Shown: piece by piece, positions 12,947 to 24,792 of the stretch
Numbering within the stretch: the first letter of the stretch is position 1
Layout of the letters: the number at the start of each line of letters is the position of its first letter
Assembly: GCF_032191835.1 (NCBI RefSeq)
Contig: NC_083240.1
Coordinates: forward strand, 3,472,001 to 3,536,000
Reading direction: 5' to 3'
DNA length: 64,000 bases
Source: Heteronotia binoei
Lineage: Eukaryota
Translations under genes and position numbers: made by a program
The notes under the pieces: generated by a model
What the model saw: the letters and a program-made list of their open reading frames with translations, nothing else
What the model was told of the DNA's origin: nothing
The model's database searches: none

Positions 12947-13135
12947 CTGGGGAGGAGAAGGAAGGAGGAGGAGGAGGAGAGGAGGGGAAGACACACAGAG
13001 AAGAGAGGATGGAAAATTAAAAGCAGATTCTGCAGGGATGGCCAGACTTGCTCAACAAAAGAGCCACATAGAATAAAAATCAGGTGTTGGAGAACTGCAA
13101 GACATGAACATCAGATGCTTGAGAGCTTCAAGAGA

Positions 13136-13222
13136 GGAAGGAAGGAAGGAAGGAAGGAAGGAAGGAAGGAAGGAAGGAAGGAAGGAAGGAAGGAAGGAAG
13201 GAAGGAAGGAAGGAAGGAAGGC
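13136..13222. repeat. (GGAA)n microsatellite
   Basis: About 21 uninterrupted copies. Other short repeats: (CA)n at 749-767 and 42847-42883, (AG)n at 5250-5270. Confidence 0.95.
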
Positions 13223-13295
13223 AAATAGATGGGGAGAGAAAGGTAGAAACAAAGCAACTTTAAATGCATTCTCCAAGCTGCCAGCTGGCTTGGTG

Positions 13296-14660
13296 TGGAG
13301 AAGAAGAAGATATTGGGTTTATATCCCGCCCTCCACTCCGAAGAGTCTCAGAGCGGCTCACAATCTCCTTTCCCTTCCTCCCCCACAACAGACACCCTGT
13401 GAGGTGGGTGGGGCTGGAGAGGGCTCTCACAGCAGCTGCCCTTTCAAGGACAACTTCTGCCAGAGCTATGGCTGACCCAAGGCCATGCCAGCAGCTGCAA
13501 GAGGAGAAGGGGGGAATCAAACCCGGTTCTCCCAGATAAGAGTCTGCTCATTTCACCACTATGGCTGACGCAAGGCCATTCCAGCAGGTGCAAGTGGAGG
13601 AGTGGGGAATCAAACCAGGTTCTTCCAGATAAGAGTCCGCTCACTTCACCACTATGGCTGACCCAAGGCCATTCCAGCAGCTGCAAGGGAGGAGTGGGGA
13701 ATCAAACCCAGTTCTCCCAGATAAGAGTCCTTGCACTTCACCACTATGGCTGACCCAAGGCCATTCCAGCAGCTGCAAGTGGATGAGTGCGGAATCAAAC
13801 CCGGTTCTCCCAGATAACAGTCCTCTCATTTCACCACTATGGCTGACTCAAGGCCATTCCAGCAGCTGCAAGGGGAGGAGTGGGGAATCAAACCCAGTTC
13901 TCCCAGATAAGAGTCCTCGCACTTCACCACTAGGGCTGACCCAAGGCCATTCCAGCAGCTGTAAGTGGAGGAGTGGGGAATCAAACCCGGTTCTCCCAGA
14001 TAATAACCACTATGGCTGCCCCAAGGCCATTCCAGCAGGTGCATGTAGAGGAGTGGGGAATCAAACCCAGTTCTCCCAGATAAGAATCTGCTCACTTAAC
14101 CACTATGGCTGACCCAAGGCCATTCCAGCAGCTGCAAGGGAGGAGTGGGGAATCAAACCCAGTTCTCCCAGATAAGAGTCCTTGCACTTCACCACTATGG
14201 CTGACCCAAGGCCATTCCAGCAGCTGCAAGTGGATGAGTGCGGAATCAAACCCGGTTCTCCCAGATAACAGTCCTCTCATTTCACCACTATGGCTGACTC
14301 AAGGCCATTCCAGCAGCTGCAAGGGGAGGAGTGGGGAATCAAACCCAGTTTTCCCAGATAAGAGTCCTCGCACTTCACCACTAGGGCTGACCCAAGGCCA
14401 TTCCAGCAGCTGTAAGTGGAGGAGTGGGGAATCAAACCCGGTTCTCCCAGATAATAACCACTATGGCTGCCCCAAGGCCATTCCAGCAGGTGCATGTAGA
14501 GGAGTGGGGAATCAAACCCAGTTCTCCCAGATAAGAATCTGCTCACTTAACCACTATGGCTGCCCCAAGGCCATTCCAGCAGCTGCAAGGGGAGGAGTGG
14601 GGAATCAAACCTGGTTCTCCCAGATAAGAGTCCACGCACTTAACCACTACACCAGACTGG
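13296..14660 (-). repeat. Squam3-like tRNA-derived SINE with 13 tandem copies of its 93-bp 5' head
   Basis: One body and tail (13296-13466), then units starting at 13467, 13560, 13653, 13746, 13839, 13932, 14011, 14104, 14197, 14290, 14383, 14462 and 14555. Confidence 0.9.
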
Positions 14661-15284
14661 CAGCAGAAGTGATTTAAAGAGACAAACATCTTCTCCAAGT
14701 CAGCCAATGGGGTGGTGGGGGCTTCTAGAGCCACACAGTATGTGTGAGAGAGCCACATGTGTGAGAGAGCTGATCCAGTTTGGCCACACCTGCTCCAGAC
14801 GAACAAACAAGCAGATATACCAGCCAATAGAAAATGGGCATGCCAGAGAATATCCTGACATTCTTGCTTTCTATGCATCTATGGATTGCTTTTAACATAA
14901 GAGAGGCAAGCCTCTAGTCCCTTGACTCCTCGAGTTCTCCCAGATAAGAGTACGCACACTTAACCACTACACCAAACTGCCTCCAAACTGGCTCTCACAA
15001 AGGAGATTGTGAACTGCTCTGAGACTCCGAGATTCAGAGTGGAGGGCGGGATATAAATCCAATATCTTCTTCTTCTTCTTTCACAACACCTACTACCTGA
15101 GCCTTTCAACTGGAGGTGCCGGGGATTGAACCTGGGACCTTCTGCGCGCAAAGCTGATGCTCTGTCACTGAGCAGCAGCTCCTCTATAAGTAAACCAGAC
15201 TCTAGAAATGTTTTTGGGCACCCCATGGAGTCTCCTCCTCTGGGATTGTTTTGTTACAAGATGTATTGCCACAGCTGGTGGTAC

Positions 15285-15581
15285 CTTTCTTCTGGGACAA
15301 GGGCCACATATCTGGCCGGAGGTCTTCGTAATCCGTCCAGTCGAAGAGAGTCATGTCCAGGGTGGGCATCACGTCCCCCTCTTGCCTGGCACGGACCCGA
15401 GGACGGGGGGACGTAGCTTGGGGAGCGGGGGGCTTCTCGGTTGAAGTATTTGACGTGGAGCTGAGAAGGGAGGTGGGCACCAATCCTGCAGAGGAACCTT
15501 CCGTCTGGAGTGCCTGAAATTGCTCCTCAAAGTTTTCAGGCTTTTTATACAGCGCGCTTGGGCCCCGATCAGGACCTTTGC
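15285..15581 (-). CDS. DRAXIN: Draxin coding exon 2 (297 nt), includes the conserved netrin-binding segment
   Basis: Acceptor tcttgcag|GC, donor AAAG|gtacca. Encodes GKGPDRGPSALYKK...EGDVMPTLDMTLFDWTDYEDLRPDMWPLSQKK. Confidence 0.95.
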
Positions 15582-16278
15582 CTGCAAGACAGAAGATCAG
15601 ACCTCTAGCTGGGTCAGACCCACGCTGCATCTAGTTCAGCAGCCTGTTTCATACAGATGCACCCTGAAGACCCACAAATGGGGCACCAAGCCCCACCCCC
15701 CCAGTAACTGATATTCAAAGATACACTGCTCCTACACACGGAGGTTCCGTTTAGGTACCACGGCAAACAACAACAGTTGGAACTTCTCTCCTGTCCTCTA
15801 TGGATTTGTCTAATCATCTTTTAACGCCAGATGAGTGAGTGACCAGCGCCATGTCCAGTGGCAGAGAGTCCCACAACTTAACGACATGGTGTTCGAAAAC
15901 CTGCTTTCTTTTGGCTGTCCTGAATTTACAATCTGCCAACTTCCTTGGGTGCCCTTGAGTTCGAGTTATCTCTGGAGCTGAGACCTGGGTGGCTTGGCCA
16001 CTAGGCTTACCAACCCCCAGGTGGGGTCTGGAGGTCTCCCAGAATTATAACGGATCTCCAGTTCCCCTGGATAAGAGGGCGTCTTTGGAAAAGAGGTGCA
16101 ACAGCATCATACCTCACTACGGTCTCTCCTCTCCTCTCCCCAAACCCTTTTCCCCTCAGGCGTCACCCCCAAATCTCCAGAAATTTCCCAACCCAGAGCT
16201 GGCAACACTACCACAAACAGCCAAGCAAGCTACAGGCTCTCTGCACTGTTCCCCACCCTACCCCACACCACCCAGGTT

Positions 16279-17370
16279 TAGGGTTGCCAATCCCCAGGTG
16301 GGAGCAGGGGATCCTCCAGTTTAGATACCCTCCCCCCGCTTCAGGGTCATCAGAAAGCCGGGGGGGCGGGATGTGTGCTGGGCACTCCATTATTCCCTAT
16401 GGCAGGGATGTCAAACATGCGGCCCGGGGGCTGAATCAGGCCCCCAGAGGGCTCCTATCAGGTCCCCAAGCAACTGGCTGTCATCGGCTTTCTTCTCCCT
16501 CTCTCTTGCTTCCTTCTGCATCACAGCTTGCTTTGCCTGGCTTGCTCAACTGCACAGGGGCTACAGAGCAAAGCCTCTATTTTTTCCATTGGCTGAGGCT
16601 CCTTCCTTGGGGAGGAAGGGGAGGAGGGAGAGCTTGCTTTGCCAGGCTCTCTCAATCGTGCAGCAGAGCTACTGAGCCAAGCCTCTCTTCCCTCTATTGG
16701 CTGAGGCTCCTGGTCCCCTGGGGAAAGACAGAAAGAGCCAGAGCTTCCTTTGCCCAGTTCTCTGGATCCCATGGGAGAAATACAAAGAAAGCACTTTTAA
16801 GGCCAACTAGTGCTAAGGTTTTAAGCATGTTTTATGTTTGTCTGTGTCCTTTATAAAGCTTACATCTCTGCTACCTAATCTTAAATAAGTACACACATGG
16901 CCTGGCCTGACAAGGTCTCATTTATGTCAGATCTGGCTCTCATAACAAATGAGTTATGGAGATCTCCTGCCCTATGGAGACCGATTCCCATAAGGTATAA
17001 TGGAGAACTGATCTGTGGGTATCTGGGGGGGCCTGTTTTTTGAGGTAGGGGCACCAAATTTTCAGCATAGCATCCGGTGCCTCTCCTCAAAACACCTCCA
17101 AGTTTCAAAAAGATTGGACCAGGGGGTCCAATTCGATCAGCCCCCAAAGGAGGTGCCCCCATCCTTCATTATTTCCAATGGAGGGAAGGCATTTAAAAAG
17201 TGTGCCGTCCCTTTCAATGCGATGGCTAGAACTCCCTTTGCAGTTCAATTATGTTTTTCACAACCTTGCTCCTGGCTCCACCCCCAACGTCTCCTGACTC
17301 CACCCCCAAAGTCTCCAGGCTCCACCCCCAAAATCCCCAGATATTTCTTGAACTGGACCCAGCCACCCTA
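16279..17370. mobile_element. Non-autonomous DNA element with TAGGGTTGCCA-type termini
   Basis: Starts tagggttgcca and ends ...cagccacccta. Homologous to 4532-5035 and 21701-22392 in the opposite orientation. Superfamily not determined. Confidence 0.75.
16403..16969. mobile_element. hAT MITE nested in another MITE
   Basis: Same family as 86-652. 8-bp TSD ccctatgg at 16395-16402 and 16970-16977. Confidence 0.85.
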
Positions 17371-17386
17371 CACAGGTTCCCAGTAC

Positions 17387-17822
17387 CTCGGTGCTGCTTC
17401 AGCCGGTCCCTGCGGCTGTGTCTTCGGAGCTCCCGGTTGTGCTTCTTCCCTCTTTCCAACCCTGGGGAGTGGTTCTCCTGCTCCGGATATGGAAAGGTGA
17501 AGCCCAAGAAAATGTCCTTCTGCCGGAGGCTGGCGGGCCGCTCCATCGTTCCAGACGTGCCTGCGTGCCGCATGCTGGCCTCCCCGGAGACTCTGGCCTG
17601 GACCGGCATCCCCCGGTGGGCCCACTCCTGCCTCAGGAGGCTGTGTCTGTGGTGATGGGTCATGGCTCGTGGCTGAGAGGCCCACGGATCCTGGTTCTGG
17701 AAGCTGTTGGTGACCTCTGGGAGTCTGGAGACCACAGGGGCCGGCTCGAGGGAGTCCGTGGGGCTGAGAGTCAGCAGGCAGAAGACAAACATGGGGGCCG
17801 AAAAGGCAGGGGAAGGGGCCAT
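17387..17822 (-). CDS. DRAXIN: Draxin coding exon 1 (signal peptide and N-terminal region), 436 nt
   Basis: ATG at 17822, MAPSPAFSAPMFVFCLLTLSPTDS...DIFLGFTFPYPEQEN...RRHSRRDRLKQHRG. Donor CGAG|gtactg, phase 1. Confidence 0.93.
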
Positions 17823-17850
17823 CTTCCTGAAATCCGGGCCTTACCTGCAA

Positions 17851-18460
17851 GGAAAGGAAAGGAAAGGTCCCCTGTGCAAGCACCAGTCGTTTCCGACTCT
17901 GGGGTGACGCTGCTTTCACAACGTTTTCACGGCAGACTTTTTATGGGGTGGTTTGCCATTGCCTTCCCCAGTCCTCTGCACTTTCTCCCCAGCAAGCTGG
18001 GGGCTCGTTTTACCAACCTCAGAAGGATGGAAGGCTAAGTCAACCTCGAGCCGGCTACTTGAACCCAGCTTCCGCTGGGATCGAACTCAGGTTGTGAGTA
18101 GAGAGTTTAACTGCAGTACTGCAGCTTTACCACTCTGCACCACGGGACTCTTAGAGTATAGGAAAAGGAAAGGTCCCCTGTGCAAGCACCAGTCGTTTCC
18201 GACTCTGGGGTGACATTGCTTTCACAAGGTTTTCACGGCAGACTTTTTACAGGGTGGTTTGCCATGGCCTTCCCCAGTCATCTACACTTCCCGCCCCCCC
18301 CGCCCCAGCAAGCTGGGGACTTCTTTTACCGACCTCGGAAGGATAGAAGGCTGAGTTAACCTCAAGTCGGCTACCTGAAAACCCAGCTTCCGCCGGGAAT
18401 CGAACTCAGGTCATGAGCAGAGAGCTCGGACTGCAGTACTGCAGCTTTACCACTCTGCGC
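17851..18460 (-). mobile_element. Tandem pair of Sauria SINEs
   Basis: tRNA-like head on the minus strand (tggtgcagagtggtaaagctgcagtactgcag...gagttcgatccc) and a BovB-related tail ending in (cctttc)n-like repeats. Copies at 17851-18150 and 18161-18460. Confidence 0.85.
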
Positions 18461-20084
18461 AAGAGACGCACCCAAATCCGTGAACAGCAGTAGTTTCCAC
18501 TTGGGAAGCACTAGCGTTGCCAACTGTAGGCTGAGAAATTCCTGGCGATTTGGGGGTGGAGCCTGAGGAAGATGGAGTTAAGGGAGCTCAGCAGAGATGT
18601 GATGTCACTCTAGGACTTCCATTTCTCCTAGACCCTGGGTGTCAAACATGTGGCTCAGGGGCTGAATCAGGCCCCTGGAGGACTCCATCAGCCTCCCCCC
18701 CCCCGCCCCGAGCAACTGGTTGTCCTCTGCTTCCTTCTCCCTCTCTCTTGCTTCCTTCTGCATCACAGCTTGCTCAATCATACAGGAGCTACAGAGCAAA
18801 AACTCTATTTTCTCCATTGGCTGAAGCTCCTCCCTTGGGGAGGAAGGGGGGGGGGAAGGCAGAGCTTGCTTTACCAGGCTACTCAAATGCAGAACAGTGC
18901 AACTGAGTCAAGCCTCTCTTCCTTCTATTGGCTGAAGCTCCTCCCCTTTCTGGCCCCCTAAAGAAAGAGCCAGTGCTTCCTTTGCCCAGCTCCCTGGATC
19001 CCATGGGAGAGGTACAAAGCAAGCACCTTTAAGACCAACAAGTGCTAACATTTTAAGCATGTTTTAAATTTTTTAAAAATTTAATTGTGTTTTTTTATGG
19101 TGGCAAAACCCAGGGAAGGAAAACTGCAGTCAGCAAGAAATTGGCTAATGGAGAAGATGCTAAATTTCCAGCCGATCTTTTTTTTTTAATTACATTTCTT
19201 TTCTTTTTAATTGAACCCCCAAACAGAAAATAAATAAAAAAATAACAACAATGGTCCTGACATCTGTCAAAAATTCCCAAGTATTTAGAAATCAGTCCAT
19301 GTGCAATGTGTTGTCCATATCTTGCAAAGGCCACGATCTGCTGCATTCTGGCATGTGGGCATTTCTCTTACCAATCTTTTAGCAACAGTAAAGGCCCCGG
19401 AAGTGCTATTCTCATTGCCCTCCAGGAAACAGGCAAATAGTTTCAGAAGAAGAGTGCAGATTTATACCCTGCCCTTCTCTCTGAATCAGAGACTCAGAGT
19501 GGCTTATAATTTCCTATAACTTCTCCCCCCACAACAGACACCCTGTGAGGTGGGTGGAGCTGAGAGGGCTCTCACAGCAGCTGTCCTTTCAAGGACAACT
19601 CCTGTGTGAGAGCTATGGCTGACCCAAGGCCATTCCAGCAGCTGCAAGTGGAGGAGTGGGGAATCAAACCCGGTTCTCCCAGATAAGAGTCCATGCACTT
19701 CCCCACTACACCAAACTGGCTCTGTCATAAGCAACCCAGCTGATCTCAACAGGCCCCCATTGCCCTGGGAGGGTGGAGAACGCCCCCTCCCCTCCCCTTC
19801 CATCCCGTCCTTTCATTCCAGCATCCAGAAGTCCTGTGCAAAGCCCACCAGGGTGAGAGAGGAGGCTGAGGTTTCATGTGCAAATGATGCTCATTAATCA
19901 GCCTGCATGGTGTCTCTGATCCTTGACCTGCTCCAGCTGAGTACCCCCTCGGCCCACCAGTGTGGCGTCGCTCGCCAGCTGTTGTGGGCGTCATCTGTGC
20001 CAGGTTTGCTTGGCCCCGTCTCCAGTCTGCAGCTCACAGCAGGCTGGCTTGTAGCGAAAGCCTTGCAATGAAGGAGGAAGTGGG

Positions 20085-21128
20085 AAATTTGGACCTGGCG
20101 TCGCAAGCTGTGGCAGGATGGCTCAGGCTGAGTAGGTTGAAGTTGAACCCGGCTCAGTTGAAGTTGAACCCGGCTCAGGCAAAGAAACAGAGGTCCTTTG
20201 CCTGAGCCGTGGCAGCCTGGGAAGGGAAATCCCCCTACCAGCTTTTGACGGTGCGCCATTGGAAATGGCGCGCAGGGTCAAGAGCTTGGGGGTGCTGCTG
20301 GAGCCTGCCTTGTCAATGGAGGCCCAGATAGCAGCCACTGCTAAATCCGCCTTTTTTCATCTTAGGCGGGCGAGGCAGTTAGCCCCCTTCCTGGAGCGCG
20401 ACGACCTGGCAATAATGATCCATGCAACGGTCACCTCGAGGTTGGACTACTGTAATGCCCTCTACATGGGGCTGCCCCTGTGCCAAACCCGGAAACTGCA
20501 GCTAGTGCAGAACGCGGCAGCCAGGCTGGTATTGGGGCTCCCTATGTGGGAGCCTATACAGCCGTGGCTGCGGGAACTGCCCTGGTTGCCAATTGTGTAC
20601 CGGATTCATTACAAGGTGCTGGTCATTACCTTTAAAGCCCTATATGGCTGAGGGTACTTTAAAGCCCTATATGCCTACCTTAGGGACCGTCGTTCCCCAT
20701 GTGTTCCCCAGAGGGTACTTAGATCTGGTTAGCAAAATCTATTGGCAATTCCTGGGCCGAAGGAGGCCAAACTGAAAGCTACAAGGGAAAGGGCCTTCTC
20801 GATCACAGCTCCCCACTGGTGGAACCAATTGCCAGAGGAGGTGCGAGCCCTGCGGAGCCTTGCCCAATTCCGCAGGGCCTGCAAGACAACCCGCTTTCAG
20901 CTGGCTTTTTCTTAATGTGGAACCTATTGTATCGTCGTCACGGAAAACTTGTAAGATGGGTAACATCGAGACAGTCACACCAAACTAATTTGATGGAACT
21001 AAATGTGATGGTTTTAATTAGATGTATGATAATAGTATATATAAATGAGTGGTAACATGTTGTGTAAGCAGTTTGTTTTTTAACTATTGTAACGTTTGCA
21101 TATTATGTGATGCTGTGTGAGCCGCCTT
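20085..21128 (+). mobile_element. L2 LINE 3' fragment (degenerate RT C-terminus and 3' UTR)
   Basis: WLRLSRLKLNP...VKSLGVLLEPALSMEAQI...TSRLDYCNALYMGLP...LQLVQNAAARLV. Contains a 21-bp internal duplication at 20136-20177. A second L2 3' end lies at about 42275-42625. Confidence 0.9.
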
Positions 21129-21700
21129 ATTATTATTAAGTGGGGGCTGGGGGTGGGACCAATGAGGGGTGCTAGCCGGCCCACCCAGCTAGCCCACAAC
21201 AACATTTTCTAGCCCACCGGCTCCTATATGCTATTTATTTGTGGCACATTTGGCAGTCTGATTTTTTTTTAAAAGAACCAAATGCATTTTTAATTTATAA
21301 ATTGTTTTCCTGCCTGGAAGTGCTCCTAGGCGATCAGGCAAGTCCTGGCAGAGCCCTCGCGGCCCCACCCACCTCACAGGGTGTCTGTCGTGGGGGAAGA
21401 AGATACAGGAGATTGTAAGCCGCTCTGAGTCTCTGATTCAGAGAGAAGGGTGGGGTATAAATCTGCAATTCTTCTCCTCCTCCTCCTCCTCCAGCCTGTG
21501 TTAGGCTTCTCTGGGAAATCTGAGGGGAGAACATCCACTTTGTGAAAACAGAAGCCTTTAAGGCTGCCAGGTCGGGGTTGGGAAATACTTGGAGACTTTG
21601 GGGGTGGAGCCAGGAGGGGGCGGGGTTTGGGAAAGGGAGGGGCCTCAGTATAGTACAATGCTATGGGGTCCACCCTTCAAAGCAGCCCTTTTCTTCAGGT

Positions 21701-22392
21701 TGGGTTGCCAAGTCCAATTCAAGGAATATCTGGGGACTTTGGGGGTGGAGCCAGGAGACTTTGGGGGTGGAGCCAGGAGACATTAGGGGTGGAGCCAAGA
21801 TCAAGGCTGTGACAAGCATCATTGAACTCCATCAATCCCTGGCATCTCCAAAAAAGGGTCCAGGCAAATAGATGTGAAAAACCTCAGTTGGAAACCCTGG
21901 AGAGCCGTTGCCAGTCTGAGTAGACAATACTGACTTTGATGGATTGAGGGTCTGATTCAGTATAAGGCAGCTTCATATGTTCATATGTTCAAAGGGAGTT
22001 CTGGCCATCACATTTAAAGGGACGGCACATCTTTTCAATTCCTTCCTTCCATAGGAAATAATGAAGGATAGGGGCACCTTCTTTTGGGGCTCGTAGAATT
22101 GGACCCTCTGGTCCAATCTTTTTGAAACTTGGGGGTATTTTGGGGAGAGGCACTAGATGCTATACTGAAAATTTGGTGCCTCTACACCAAAAAACAGGGG
22201 GCCCCCCCAGAGCCCCAGATACCCACAGATCAATTCTCCATGATTTTCTATGGGAATAAATCTCCATAGGGAATAATAGAGTTCCCCGCAGACATTTTCC
22301 TCCCCTCCTCCCGCTTTCTGACGACCCTGAAGCGGGAGGAGGGTCTCCAAACCGGGAGACCCCCTGCCCCCACCTGGGGATCGGCAACCCTA
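21701..22392. mobile_element. TAGGGTTGCCA-type element with a nested SINE fragment (about 21832-21991)
   Basis: Inverted termini tgggttgcca...tcggcaacccta. Internal insertion ends cagcttcatatgttcatatgttc. Shorter relatives at 16002-16210, 56511-56715, about 26690-26870, about 34930-35160 and about 36640-36800. Confidence 0.75.
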
Positions 22393-22916
22393 TCTCCAGG
22401 AGAGCTGATCTCTGCCAACTGGAGATCAGTTGTAAAAGCAGGGGATCTCCAGGCCCCACCTGGAGGCTGGCAACCGGCCTTCTTACTAGTCATGGGGGAC
22501 CCACCCATCCCAGACATCAAGTGGGGGGGGGGAGGTAAAGCTGAAAGCAAACATTCAATATTCCAAGATTTCCCCCCTCTTTTAAAGAGACGTGCAAAAA
22601 TAGAAACAACAACGCAGGGTGGGAATCAGATCGCCGCTGTTCCCCAGCACACCGAAAGAGAGGGCTGTTGTTGAGCGAAGAAATATTTTGTCTCTCTTGA
22701 GAACTGGATTTCTCCTTGTTCCTCTTCCAAACCCCCCTCCCTTGCAAGGATAAATTCTTTTTTAACTCTATTGCTGGCTAATCATGTCTCTTCTGTTTAC
22801 GACGGCTCCTGTTTGAGATCTAAGCCTCCACTTAGGTCAGGAGTGGCCAAACTGCAGCTGCAGCCCAGGAACTGCATGTGGCTCTTTCACACAAATTGTG
22901 GGAGCCGCCCCCCCCC

Positions 22917-23237
22917 CAGTTTCACCTCTAAGCTGAGTTAGCGTGAGCTAGCTCACAGATTCTGAGCCTCCCGCTCACACCTTTTTGCCTTAGCTCAGGA
23001 AGGAGGGCCCCAGAGCACAATAATTCATGCAGCAGCTCACAAAGAATATTATTATTAAGTGAGGGCTTGGGGTGGGACCAAATGAGGGGGGCTAGCCGGC
23101 CCACCCAGCTAGCCCACAACAACATTTTCTAGCCCACCGGCTCCTATATGCTATTTCTTTCACAGCTCACAGCTTTGAAGGCAGCAGCTCACAAAGAAGA
23201 ATTTTTGCTCGCAGGACTCTGCAGCTTAGAGGGAACG
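22917..23237. mobile_element. MITE with GTTCCCTCTAAGCTG-type inverted termini
   Basis: ttcacctctaagctg...cagcttagagggaac. Shorter copies at about 27795-27970 and 40855-40952. Confidence 0.7.
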
Positions 23238-24039
23238 TCGCCCGTCACCCTACCAGCTGTTTTGAAGAAGGCATTTGTCTATTTAAGTCACTTTAAAAGC
23301 ATTTAAAGTTAAAGTTGCTTTCTTTTCACCTCTCCTTCCCACCTCCCTCCCCCCATCTATTTGCCTGCCTGCCTCCCTTCCTGTCCTGTGGCTCTCAAAC
23401 ACAGGGTTAATCAAATTCTGACTCAGGACAAATTGTGACTCTTTCACATACATTGTGCAGCTCTCAAAGCTCCATCACCATGCTGGGAAAAAGCATTTCT
23501 CTCTTTAAATCACTTTCTCGGCCAAGCCAGACACACGCTTGGAAAATGCATTTCAAGCTAAAGTTGCTTTCTTTCCACTTCTCCTACCCCCATCTATTTG
23601 CCTTCCTTCCTCGTGGCTCTCAAAACATCTGACGCTCGTGTCTTGCGGCTCTCAAATGTCCGACATTTATTCTGCGTGGCTCTTACGTTAAGCAAATTTG
23701 GCCTCCCCTGGCTTAGCGCATCGGACCAGGCCAAAGAAGGCCTGCATTCAGATCCTTAGAGAGCCAGTTTGGTGTGGCGGTTAAAAGCAGCGGACTCTAA
23801 TCTGGGAGAACCGGGTTTGATTCCCCACACCTCCTCCACATGCAGCCAGCTGAGAGACCCATGGTTCTCTCAAGACCCGTTCTCTCAGAACTTCCTCAGC
23901 CATACTTACGTCACAGGGTTTCTGCTGTGGGGAGAGGAAGGGAACCATAAGCTGCTCTGAGTGAAGGCTGGGATATAAATCCAAACTCCTCTTCTTTCTC
24001 CTCCTCTGCCACTTTGGCCCATCCACTAACATTCCTCAG

Positions 24040-24792
24040 AAGACTGCAGATTTATCCTTGCCTTTCTCTCTGAATCAGAGACTCAGAGCAGCTTACAATC
24101 TCCTAGATCTTCTCCCCCGACAACAGCCACCCTGTGAGGTGGGTGGGGCTCAGAGGGCTCTCACAGCAGCTGCCCTTTCAAGGACAACTCCTGCGATAGC
24201 TATGGCTAACCCAAGGCCATTCCAGCAGGTGCAAGTGGAGAAGGGGGGAACCAAACCCGGTTCTCCCAGATAAGAGTCTGTTCACTTAACCACTAGGGCT
24301 GCCCCAAGGCCATTCCAGCAGCTGCAAGTGGAGGAGTGGGGAATCAAACCTGGTTCTCCCAGAGAAGAGTCCACGCACTTAACAACTAGGGCTGCCCCAA
24401 GGCCATTCCAGCAGCTGCAAGTGGAGGAGTGGGGAATCAAACCTGGTTCTCCCAGAGAAGAGTCCACGCACTTAACCACTACAGCAAAGAGAGCCAGTTT
24501 GGAGAGAGCCAGTTTGGTGTAGTGGTTAAGTGCATGGACTCTTATCTGGGAGAACCGTGTTTGATTCCCCGCTCCTCCACTCTCAGCTGCTGGAATGGCC
24601 TTGGGGCAGCCATAGCTCTCGCAGGAGTTGTCCTTGAAAGGGCAGATGCTGTGAGAGCCCTCTCCAGCCCCACCCGCCTCACAGGGTGTCTGTTGTGGGG
24701 GAGGAAGGGAAAGGAGATTGTGAGCCAGTCTGAGACTCTGAGATTCAGAGTCGAGGGCGGGATATAAATCCATGATATCTTCTTCTTCTTCA
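24040..24792. mobile_element. Two head-to-head Squam3-like SINEs; the left one has 3 tandem heads
   Basis: Minus copy at 24040-24482 and plus copy at 24503-24792. Confidence 0.8.

Noticed and set aside
13654-14677. 152-aa and 190-aa repetitive ORFs
   Set aside because: They arise from the 93-bp (31-codon) unit of the SINE array. They lie antisense within a DRAXIN intron and have no splice or domain support.
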